This document shows, piece after piece, positions 1-7,489 of a DNA stretch of 40,334 nucleotides. Made by a program: the position numbers and the translations under genes. The DNA comes from Bacteroidales bacterium (GTDB taxonomy: Bacteria; Bacteroidota; Bacteroidia; Bacteroidales; UBA932): contig JAKSKJ010000001.1 of assembly GCA_024401795.1 (NCBI GenBank), positions 1-40,334 of the forward strand, given 5' to 3'. Each line of letters starts with the position of its first letter. Position 1 is the first letter of the stretch. The notes under the pieces are model-generated. The model was not told the DNA's origin. It saw only the letters and a list, made by a program, of their open reading frames with translations, and ran no database searches.

Positions 1-29
1 ATATTATCAGAAAGCACCGTTACCTTCAT
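1..29 (-). CDS. 5' end of a gene running off the window, possibly an MBL-fold metallo-hydrolase (partial)
   Basis: Reverse strand reads ATG AAG GTA ACG GTG CTT TCT GAT AAT = MKVTVLSDN, a typical N-terminus of COG1237-type MBL hydrolases. It starts 6 nt after the stop of the 36..194 ORF. Only 9 codons are visible. Confidence 0.4.
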
Positions 30-35
30 AATGTC

Positions 36-194
36 TTACCTGTAGCTTATCATCTTTTCTTCCGCCCTGTTATCCGTATGCCTGTCAGAAGGTTTGCAGC
101 CTTCCGCCGGATATCCGAGATGGAGTATCGCCACAGGTCCGGGAGAGAACTCTCTCACCGGGAAACGTTCCTTTGCAAGCTCTTTGAAATTCAT
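36..194 (-). pseudogene. Nitroreductase-family remnant with an apparent in-frame internal deletion (52 aa)
   Basis: Manual translation gives MNFKELAKERFPVREFSPGPVAILHLGYPAEGCKPSDRHTDNRAEEKMISYR*. A nitroreductase-like N-terminal motif (ELAKERxxVRxF) joins directly to the C-terminal motif (PVAILxLGYP). TAATTTTG promoter at 224-231 (-). Confidence 0.7.
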
Positions 195-223
195 ATCTTT
201 CCCAATGGTTTATGTTCTTTATG

Positions 224-231
224 CAAAATTA
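224..231 (-). promoter_or_regulatory. Bacteroidota -7 promoter element (TAATTTTG) for the nitroreductase remnant and downstream gene
   Basis: caaaatta on + strand is a perfect TAnnTTTG match, 29 nt upstream of the ATG at 194. Confidence 0.6.
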
Positions 232-379
232 GCAAAAAATAAGCTGTTGATCTTTATGGCCTCTGTTTTTCATCATTCCCGAGTATGATAATCCTCATTG
301 ATTTTTTTAGTAACTTCGTCCGGTACAATTGCAGTGCAATGTTTGCCGCAGCCCGATGGCAAAGTTCATTCTGAAGACT

Positions 380-1336
380 ATGACAAAAAATGACAAATAC
401 GCGGCACTGCTCCCCGCAGTGCATTCGTTGATGAGCGACGAGTCGGACGAGATTGCCCGAATGGCAAATCTGGCCGCTCTACTGCACAATGAATTCGGAT
501 TCTGGTGGACAGGATTCTATAGGGTGGCGGACGGAGACCAGCTCGTGCTCGGACCGTTCCAGGGCCCGCTTGCCTGCACGCGGATAGGCATAGGCAAAGG
601 CGTCTGCGGTACAGCCTGGGCCAAAGACAGGACAGTGGTGGTGCCTGACGTTGAAAAATTCCCCGGACACATCGCCTGTTCCAGTGAGTCCAGAAGTGAG
701 ATTGTTGTCCCCGTCCGCTTCAAGGGGCAGGTCGTTGCGGTGCTGGATATCGACAGCCGGGAGCTCGCCACCTTCGACAAGGTGGACGCAAAGTGGCTGG
801 AGAAGATTGCGGACTGCGTCTATGGGCCGCAGCGGGACATATGGTTCGCGGCCGGCTGCTTCTGGGGAGCGCAGAAGTTCTTCAAGATGATTCCGGGCGT
901 GGAATTCACGGAAGTGGGCTTTGTGAACGGCTGGGTGCAGAATCCGACTTACGATCAGGTGTACACCGACACTACAGGTCACGCGGAATGTGTCCACGTA
1001 AGGTTCAACCCGGAAATCGTTTCACTTAAGGAACTGGTACGGCTGTATTTCAAGATTATTGACCCGCTGAGCCATAACAGGCAGGGGGAGGATGAAGGCA
1101 CGAGATACCGCACTGGAGTCTATTACGAAGACGAACGTGATTTCGATATCATTTCCAGGGAATTCGCCAGGCTCGAAAAGAAATTGGGAGAGGAATTGGC
1201 CGTCGAACTTTGCCATATAACCGGTTTCTACAAGGCTGAGGACTACCATCAAGACTATCTGGACAAGAATCCGGGAGGCTACTGCCACTTGAGTCCGGAG
1301 ATATTCAGAATGGCCGCGAAGCTCAAAAAGAAATGA
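380..1336 (+). CDS. msrA: Fusion: GAF-domain free methionine-(R)-sulfoxide reductase (fRMsr/MsrC) plus peptide methionine-(S)-sulfoxide reductase MsrA
   Basis: N-half has WTGFY, LGPFQG..AC, GVCG, HIAC, SEIVVP and VLDIDS (fRMsr motifs, three Cys). C-half has AAGCFWG, GHAE, YRTGVY, AEDYHQDY and GGYCH (MsrA). Start placed at ATG 380 (MTKNDKY) because a TAACTTCG -7-like element lies at 311-318. Confidence 0.9.
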   Translation: MTKNDKYAALLPAVHSLMSDESDEIARMANLAALLHNEFGFWWTGFYRVADGDQLVLGPFQGPLACTRIGIGKGVCGTAWAKDRTVVVPDVEKFPGHIACSSESRSEIVVPVRFKGQVVAVLDIDSRELATFDKVDAKWLEKIADCVYGPQRDIWFAAGCFWGAQKFFKMIPGVEFTEVGFVNGWVQNPTYDQVYTDTTGHAECVHVRFNPEIVSLKELVRLYFKIIDPLSHNRQGEDEGTRYRTGVYYEDERDFDIISREFARLEKKLGEELAVELCHITGFYKAEDYHQDYLDKNPGGYCHLSPEIFRMAAKLKKK

Positions 1337-1354
1337 GGCTTGCCCGCCCGCGCT

Positions 1355-2041
1355 TCATTTTTGTGGCGACTCCGGTGAAACTGCCGCCGCTGACGTTTCC
1401 TGAACGTATATCTCTTCAAATATGCCGCGCAACTTCACTTCATCACGGATGATTTCCCGCAGGCGTTCCAACTCGGCGGCATTGGGAGACTCCGGAATCC
1501 AAAGCTTCAGATAGCCGCCTTCCGCATATTTTTCGTGAAGGTGTTCCAGCGTTCTCAGCCAGTGCCCTTCCCTATCCAGTTCAGGATAGTGCTCCAGCCC
1601 ATACTGAACGGTCCGGCGGATAACCGTTTGAGGAACAATCTGTCGGTCGGCTTCCGCAATGATTCTGCCATAGATGCTTCTCGGCTCGTGGTCCGACGAT
1701 GCCCGGTGGTCTTCAGCCGCCTGGGCTATAGTCTCTATTTGATTCCCGTCAAACCATCTGCGAAGGTCGGCATTGGCACGGACAATCCTGCCGGAAACCA
1801 GATGATGGGTCTTGCGGTCTTCGACAAGGCCAAGGTCGTGACAGGCGGCGGCCATTGCAACGATGTCAACGTCCACATCGTAGTGGCGGCTCATTTCAAG
1901 AGCGGCCCCAATCACATGGCATACGTGATCCACCCTGTGCGCGGAATCAAAGCCCTCGTACTGAGGGATAATGCTACTCCGGATATATTCCATCATTTCC
2001 GGATTGACAGCGCATCCTGTTTCATTCATATCTCCAGCCAT
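1355..2041 (-). CDS. HD-domain phosphohydrolase
   Basis: AH..DHV, ACHDLG, EDHRAS and AEADR motifs. Start could be 2041 or 2029. TATTTTTG promoter at 2102-2109 (-). Confidence 0.85.
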   Translation of the reverse strand: MAGDMNETGCAVNPEMMEYIRSSIIPQYEGFDSAHRVDHVCHVIGAALEMSRHYDVDVDIVAMAAACHDLGLVEDRKTHHLVSGRIVRANADLRRWFDGNQIETIAQAAEDHRASSDHEPRSIYGRIIAEADRQIVPQTVIRRTVQYGLEHYPELDREGHWLRTLEHLHEKYAEGGYLKLWIPESPNAAELERLREIIRDEVKLRGIFEEIYVQETSAAAVSPESPQK

Positions 2042-2145
2042 TCAATTTCACCTCCTCGGACTTCAAGGCCCCTGTGGCACTTCATAGCCGACAAGGCAAT
2101 GCAAAAATACATAAATTCATAAAAATGAAACAGCGGGGGTAAGAC

Positions 2146-2174
2146 AAAGGGGATGGTTTCCAGCCATCCCCTTT
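2146..2174. terminator. Intrinsic terminator hairpin downstream of tRNA-Ser
   Basis: AAAGGGGATGG-tttccag-CCATCCCCTTT, a perfect 11-bp stem about 30 nt past the tRNA 3' end. Confidence 0.75.
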
Positions 2175-2204
2175 CAATAACGTATTATCACAACGTGAAC
2201 TCTG

Positions 2205-2292
2205 CGGAAAGACAGGGATTCGAACCCTGGAACCGCTTTGGACGGTCACACGCTTTCCAGACGTGCCTCTTCAGCCACTCGAGCATCTTTCC
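2205..2292 (-). tRNA. tRNA-Ser (anticodon GGA)
   Basis: Reverse complement GGAAAGATGCTCGAGTGGCTGAAGAGGCACGTCT-GGA-AAGCGTG...GGGTTCGAATCCCTGTCTTTCCG. 7-bp acceptor stem, long variable arm, TTCGAATC T-loop. CCA not encoded. TATCTTTG promoter at 2303-2310. Confidence 0.97.
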
Positions 2293-2323
2293 TTTGGGAC
2301 AGCAAAGATAAGAAAAAAATCCT

Positions 2324-3652
2324 TTACTGCAAATTCTTTGTCATTGCAATCCGAGCCTGAAGTTCCCAGGTGCGGATACGGTCCTTGTATAAATTGTTGG
2401 CGTTCATCTTATCTATGTCGAGCGCCGCATCCGAATTGTCATCCCAACGGCGGCAGTTGTACATAACGTCGTATATCCTGCCTATCCTGTACTCCCTGCT
2501 GATTCTCAGTGCAACGGCATAGTCTTCACCATACTTCACGGTCGGGAATCCCCCCGTTTCGCGCAGAAGGCTCGTAAGGAAACCTCTCGGAGCCCCCAAG
2601 CCATTGATGCGAAGCGCATTGTTGCGGCCATTGTCCTCCGTCCATTCACGGTGATCAATGATTCCCGGAGGCAGTTCATTGAGATTGAAGTCGGTTATCC
2701 TGTATGTTCCGATGACCATAGCGCAGTTCTGCTCATAGAAAGCGTCAACGAACTTTTTGACCGTATCGGGTCCGGAATAGATGTCGTCCGAGTCGAGCTG
2801 GAGGGCGAAACGTCCGCATCTGTCGCTGAAGATTGCGGAATTCCAGTTACCGCCGATGGCATGCCAGCTGGGATCCTGCGCTATATACACAAGCCTTTCG
2901 TCCCGGAAACTCTTTATAACGTCAACCGTTCCGTCAGTCGAATTGTCGTCAACCACAATCACGTTGAACGGGAAAGGACATTCCTGACTGAGCGCGGATT
3001 TTATCGCATCACCTATTGTGCGGACCCGATTCCTGCACGGAATTACCACAGAAGCCTCAACGGGATAACTCCCCTCCTTCAGATTGATGTCCCGGAACAC
3101 CGGCGGCAACCATCCTCCCACGGCCTTAAGATGCTTGGTGCACACCTGTTCCATCTCAATCTGCACGGCCCTGTTGCGCGGATCCACATAGTCGAAAAGT
3201 TTCTCGCCGGACTTTCTGGTATCCAGCTCCACCTCATAATACAGATACTCGTTGATATGCACCAATTCCCCCATTCTGGAGGCACAGAGGCGCAGGTCAT
3301 ACAATCCGGCATACTGCCAGTCCCCCATTTCAGAAGCCGCTTTGCGGAGGACATCGGTCCTGTAAAGCTGCACTCCGCCGAAGTCGAAATCGTCGCGTAG
3401 CGCACCGGCCTGGCAGTCAATGACAGGAGCCTGTGTATCCACACCGTCCACACTTGAAAAATGGTCGGAATAAACCATGGCGGCCCCCGTTGTACGTGCA
3501 ACCTGAATCATTCGTTCAAGTCCGTATGCCACCCATCGCAGTTCGGTCGGTTTGGTGTATATCAGGGTATATTCTCCGTAAGATGCATCCGCTATCTCGC
3601 GGATACGTGCGCCGGAGACTCTCAGCGGAACGTCAAATCTTGATACTTCCAT
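2324..3652 (-). CDS. Glycosyltransferase family 2 protein (degenerate N-terminal GT-like domain plus a GT2 domain)
   Basis: [25 protein letters not shown] (DxD) and GEDY motifs. Start placed at ATG 3652 because a TATCTTTG element lies at 3665-3672. Confidence 0.88.
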   Translation of the reverse strand: MEVSRFDVPLRVSGARIREIADASYGEYTLIYTKPTELRWVAYGLERMIQVARTTGAAMVYSDHFSSVDGVDTQAPVIDCQAGALRDDFDFGGVQLYRTDVLRKAASEMGDWQYAGLYDLRLCASRMGELVHINEYLYYEVELDTRKSGEKLFDYVDPRNRAVQIEMEQVCTKHLKAVGGWLPPVFRDINLKEGSYPVEASVVIPCRNRVRTIGDAIKSALSQECPFPFNVIVVDDNSTDGTVDVIKSFRDERLVYIAQDPSWHAIGGNWNSAIFSDRCGRFALQLDSDDIYSGPDTVKKFVDAFYEQNCAMVIGTYRITDFNLNELPPGIIDHREWTEDNGRNNALRINGLGAPRGFLTSLLRETGGFPTVKYGEDYAVALRISREYRIGRIYDVMYNCRRWDDNSDAALDIDKMNANNLYKDRIRTWELQARIAMTKNLQ

Positions 3653-3664
3653 TTCTTTTTTTCT

Positions 3665-3692
3665 CAAAGATAGCGGAATTTTATTAAATTTG
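3665..3692. promoter_or_regulatory. Back-to-back -7 promoter pair (TATCTTTG on -, TAAATTTG on +)
   Basis: caaagata at 3665-3672 and taaatttg at 3685-3692, between the divergent GT2 genes. Confidence 0.75.
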
Positions 3693-3699
3693 TGCCGCT

Positions 3700-4422
3700 A
3701 TGGAAAAGAAGCTGGTCATAATTCCCACCTACAACGAGATAGAGAACATTTCCCGTATCACAAAAGCCGTTTTCGGCCTGAATGAAACTTTTGACATTCT
3801 GGTCATCGATGACGGTTCTCCGGACGGGACGGCAGCGGCTGTCAAGTCTATGCAGCCGGAATATCCTGACAGGCTTTTCCTGATGGAGAGAACCGGGAAA
3901 CTCGGACTGGGAACAGCATACCTCGCAGGGTTCAAATGGGCACTTGAGCACGCTTATGACTACGTCTTCGAGATGGATGCCGATTTCTCACACGCTCCAG
4001 ACGACCTCCCAAGGCTGCTCAACGCCTGCCGGGAAGGAGCAGACCTTTCCATAGGGTCACGATACTGCAACGGAGTGAGCGTCGTGAACTGGCCGATAGG
4101 ACGCATCCTCATTTCTTACTTTGCCTCCAAATACGTCCGTTCGGTCTTGGGATTCAAAGTGTTCGACACCACGGCAGGTTTTGTCTGCTACACACGCCGG
4201 GTTCTGGAGTCCATCGATCTTGATGACGTTCGGATGAAAGGTTACGGATTCCAGATAGAGATGAAATACACCACCCACAAGCTCGGTTTCCGCATCAAGG
4301 AAGTTCCCGTCATTTTCGTCAACCGGCAGGAAGGGACATCCAAGATGTCCGGCAGCATATTCGGTGAGGCTTTCTGGGGTGTCATCGCGCTCAAATTCCG
4401 CAAATTCCACACAACAAGTTAA
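3700..4422 (+). CDS. Polyprenol monophosphomannose synthase (DPM1-like GT2)
   Basis: IIPTYNE, IDDGSPDGT, GLGTAYLAGF, EMDADFSH, GSRY, GYGFQIEM and GTSKM motifs. Confidence 0.92.
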   Translation: MEKKLVIIPTYNEIENISRITKAVFGLNETFDILVIDDGSPDGTAAAVKSMQPEYPDRLFLMERTGKLGLGTAYLAGFKWALEHAYDYVFEMDADFSHAPDDLPRLLNACREGADLSIGSRYCNGVSVVNWPIGRILISYFASKYVRSVLGFKVFDTTAGFVCYTRRVLESIDLDDVRMKGYGFQIEMKYTTHKLGFRIKEVPVIFVNRQEGTSKMSGSIFGEAFWGVIALKFRKFHTTS

Positions 4423-4438
4423 TTATGAATTCACCCAT

Positions 4439-5320
4439 ATGAAAAAGTTATCCACACTTGCTCTTGTGCTTCTGTCCGGTGCAGGCGCAGCCAATTCTCA
4501 GGAAGCATTCAAACATCTGTCAATAGGGCTGGAAGCCGCTACGACAGGCATCGGTCTGGAACTGGCCCTCCCCATCGTTACCGATCATCTTGTGCTCGCA
4601 GCCGGTTACAACTATGGAAATGCCTCTTTCAACGTAAAGGGCAACTCTACTCTGAATGTTGCAGAATTGAGCGGCAGAATCAATCAATATATAGATAACG
4701 CCAACAACTTCCTTGCCCTGATTCCGGAAGAGCCCGCCCGTCTCGAAAATATGCCGTCATCAATGAAACTGAACGGAAACGCAGCATTCAGACTCAGCAC
4801 GGCCAAGGTGGTACTCGAGTACTACCCGGCAAAAAAAAGCAACTTCCACATAAACGCCGGAGTGTTTATAGGTAATGCCGACACTTTCTCAATGGATGCA
4901 GACTGCCATGACTTCTGGAGTCTTTACAATACCAATTCATCGACGGCAAAGAAAATGGCTGGAAAATATCCGGAATTTGCGGCATCAATAGGTGAAATTC
5001 CCGAATTGAAGGAAACCATCAACGGAAGAACCTTTGAACTCAAAGCTCCCGGCATTGTCAACATAGGTTTGCAGGCAGCGACAGTCCGCCCTTATCTGGG
5101 ATTGGGTTTCGGCAGGAGTGTTCCCAATACCCACGTCGGTTTCCAATTTGACCTCGGAGCACTTTACATCGGAAAATTGGCAATCTCTTCAGCCAATGAA
5201 ATCAACGGGGCTTCAAATGTCTCCGTCAGCAACAAGGGCATTCAGGAAATCGTAGAAATAGCAGAAAAGATCTGCGTGTATCCCCAGCTTTCCTTCCGTC
5301 TGATTTACAGGATATTCTAA
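4439..5320 (+). CDS. Hypothetical exported protein, probable outer-membrane beta-barrel
   Basis: Signal peptide MKKLSTLALVLLSGAGAANSQ, amphipathic strands (TTGIGLEL, RPYLGLGFGR, FQFDLGALY) and a C-terminal aromatic YRIF. Confidence 0.7.
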   Translation: MKKLSTLALVLLSGAGAANSQEAFKHLSIGLEAATTGIGLELALPIVTDHLVLAAGYNYGNASFNVKGNSTLNVAELSGRINQYIDNANNFLALIPEEPARLENMPSSMKLNGNAAFRLSTAKVVLEYYPAKKSNFHINAGVFIGNADTFSMDADCHDFWSLYNTNSSTAKKMAGKYPEFAASIGEIPELKETINGRTFELKAPGIVNIGLQAATVRPYLGLGFGRSVPNTHVGFQFDLGALYIGKLAISSANEINGASNVSVSNKGIQEIVEIAEKICVYPQLSFRLIYRIF

Positions 5321-5324
5321 GGTT

Positions 5325-7067
5325 CTAATCCCCGGAAGATATCTCTTTCAGTTCTGCACGGTATGCCATCAATATCCGGGATTTTGAAATGAATCCCAGA
5401 TATTTGCAATCGTCATCTATCACGGGCAGACGCCAGGCTTCCGTCCTGTCGAACTTGTCCAGCACGCTGTCCATTTTCTCATTCACGTTGACGTACATCG
5501 GGGCGTCGTGCATCAGGCTGTAAACACGCAGGGACTCATACTCATCCGTGTTGAACATATGCTTTCTTATGTCGTCCATTTCGAGGATGCCCTGAAAACG
5601 TCCCGTTGAATCCAGCACGGGGAATACTGCGGCGGTGCTCTCCGACACGACCTTCATAATGTCGCCCAGACTGGCATTCACGTCGATTCTGGGATACTTG
5701 TCGCGCACAAGATCCTTTGTCTGAAGCAGAGTCAGCACTGCCTGATCGCTGTCGTGAGTCAACAGATCCCCGCTCTGGGCTATGCGCTTGGTATAGATTG
5801 AATATTTCTCGAAAATGCGCACAGTTCCGAATGAGATGGTCGATGTGAGAATCAAAGGTATAAGCAGTCCGTATCCACCCGAAATCTCGGCAATCAGGAA
5901 AATTGCCGTCATCGGAGCCTGCATCACCCCCGCCATCAGAGCGGCCATTCCCACGAGAACGAAATTCTGCTCCGGCACGCTCCAGCCCAGAAGATTGATG
6001 GTTCTTGCTATCACAAACCCCATAACGGCTCCGGCAAACAGAGTGGGACCGAAAGTTCCTCCCACTCCCCCTCCGGCATTTGTGAGAGTCATAGCCACCA
6101 CCTTCAGAAAAAACACAAGGGCGAAAAAAACGGGGATACCCCAGGGACTGCCTGCAAGGAAACCCGGCACAGAGCCTCCTTCCCCGGTAATGTCCCGCCC
6201 CGTAAGCAGGCCTTCGAGAGAGTCATATCCCTGACCGAAAAGAGGAGGGAAAAGGAATATCAGTACACCGAGCCCCAGCGCACATACCAGCCACCTGAAA
6301 TAGCCGCTGCTCATACGGCCTATTCTGTCCTCCAGCCACAGGGTGGTATTTGTGAAATATAGGGAACAGAAACCCATAAGCACGCCCATCAACACGTAGA
6401 ACGGCAGGTTCCCCATCGAAAAAACGGTAAGATCGCAGGCGAAAACCGGAGTCTGCCCGCGGAAAATGTATGCGATGACCGTTGCCGAGATTGTAGATAG
6501 AAGCAAAGGCAGCATCGAACTCATCGACACGTTGAACAGGAGAATTTCAATTGTAAACAGAACTCCGGCCAGCGGAGCCTTGAATATCCCTGCCACCGCA
6601 CCGGCAGCGCCACATCCCAGCAGAATCGTTATGTTCTTGTGTGAAAGGCCGAAACAGCGTCCCAGATTCGACCCGATGGCCGATCCGGTATAGACTATGG
6701 GCGCCTCCGCCCCCACAGACCCTCCGAATCCAATGGTGAGGGACGAGCAAAGCACGGAACTCCAGATATTGTGCGGCCTGATTCTTGACTCGTTCCTGGA
6801 AACCGCCACCAAGGCTCTGGTTACCCCGTGACCGATATTGTCCCTGACAACGTACTTCACGATATGATATACCAGAAGCATTCCCACACCGGGGAACACA
6901 AGATAGCGCCACATTCCTACTCCGGAATCGCCCCGGTACAGCAGACTGCTTATGACGGAAATGAGCCCGGTCAATAAAACGGCAGCGAGCCCCGAACAGA
7001 TACCTGTCACGAGGCTCAACAGCAACAATTTCCTGTGTTCGTTAATTTGAATCGGAAGAATCTTCAT
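5325..7067 (-). CDS. ClC-family chloride channel/antiporter with C-terminal CBS pair
   Basis: GGSVGAEAP, GAVAGIFKAPLAG, GGVGGTFGP and APMTAIFLIAE motifs, many TM helices and a CBS tail. Start at 7067 (MKILP) overlaps the upstream gene by 26 nt; 7112 is an alternative. Confidence 0.9.
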   Translation of the reverse strand: MKILPIQINEHRKLLLLSLVTGICSGLAAVLLTGLISVISSLLYRGDSGVGMWRYLVFPGVGMLLVYHIVKYVVRDNIGHGVTRALVAVSRNESRIRPHNIWSSVLCSSLTIGFGGSVGAEAPIVYTGSAIGSNLGRCFGLSHKNITILLGCGAAGAVAGIFKAPLAGVLFTIEILLFNVSMSSMLPLLLSTISATVIAYIFRGQTPVFACDLTVFSMGNLPFYVLMGVLMGFCSLYFTNTTLWLEDRIGRMSSGYFRWLVCALGLGVLIFLFPPLFGQGYDSLEGLLTGRDITGEGGSVPGFLAGSPWGIPVFFALVFFLKVVAMTLTNAGGGVGGTFGPTLFAGAVMGFVIARTINLLGWSVPEQNFVLVGMAALMAGVMQAPMTAIFLIAEISGGYGLLIPLILTSTISFGTVRIFEKYSIYTKRIAQSGDLLTHDSDQAVLTLLQTKDLVRDKYPRIDVNASLGDIMKVVSESTAAVFPVLDSTGRFQGILEMDDIRKHMFNTDEYESLRVYSLMHDAPMYVNVNEKMDSVLDKFDRTEAWRLPVIDDDCKYLGFISKSRILMAYRAELKEISSGD

Positions 7068-7437
7068 CTGCACCGCTGTATTGGGCAATATTGTCGTCCG
7101 GGAGGGTATCATCCCCTGAGGAATCCCCGCTCATCGCCCCTGCAACCTGTTCCACTTTTGCTTCCTCCTCTCCTTCCAGCCATCTCTCTATATCCTCCGC
7201 ATCGTCCACCTCCACCTTTATCTTCACAAGATAGATGTCCGTTTCCGTCTCAATCGTGACCGCATAGAACGGTTCGATCATTTTCTGGGTCTTGGGATTT
7301 ATACCCGGAGTATATTTTACCGTATCCGGCAGATAGTCACTGAATCCGTGCGGGTACTTTGTATTGAAAACGGTTGCCACTTCATCTGACATGTTTTCAT
7401 AACTCACAACGTGCTTTTTCTTATTGTCCGGTGCCAT
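7042..7437 (-). CDS. Conserved hypothetical protein with a long acidic C-terminal tail
   Basis: KKKHVVSYENM..KYPHGF..AVTIETETDIYLVKI core followed by a D/E-rich tail. Directly downstream of argS. Confidence 0.75.
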   Translation of the reverse strand: MAPDNKKKHVVSYENMSDEVATVFNTKYPHGFSDYLPDTVKYTPGINPKTQKMIEPFYAVTIETETDIYLVKIKVEVDDAEDIERWLEGEEEAKVEQVAGAMSGDSSGDDTLPDDNIAQYSGADEDSSDSN

Positions 7438-7489
7438 AGTTTCTGATTTTGCAATGCAATAATAGGACAATTTTTCGAATCTGCAAACA

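Noticed and set aside
94-288. 64-aa ORF on the + strand, and upstream-extended starts in the ORF track (329, 4364, 18971, 26783, 28824, 32835, 32849)
   Set aside because: They overlap promoters or neighbouring genes. Downstream ATGs fit the family N-termini and promoter positions better.
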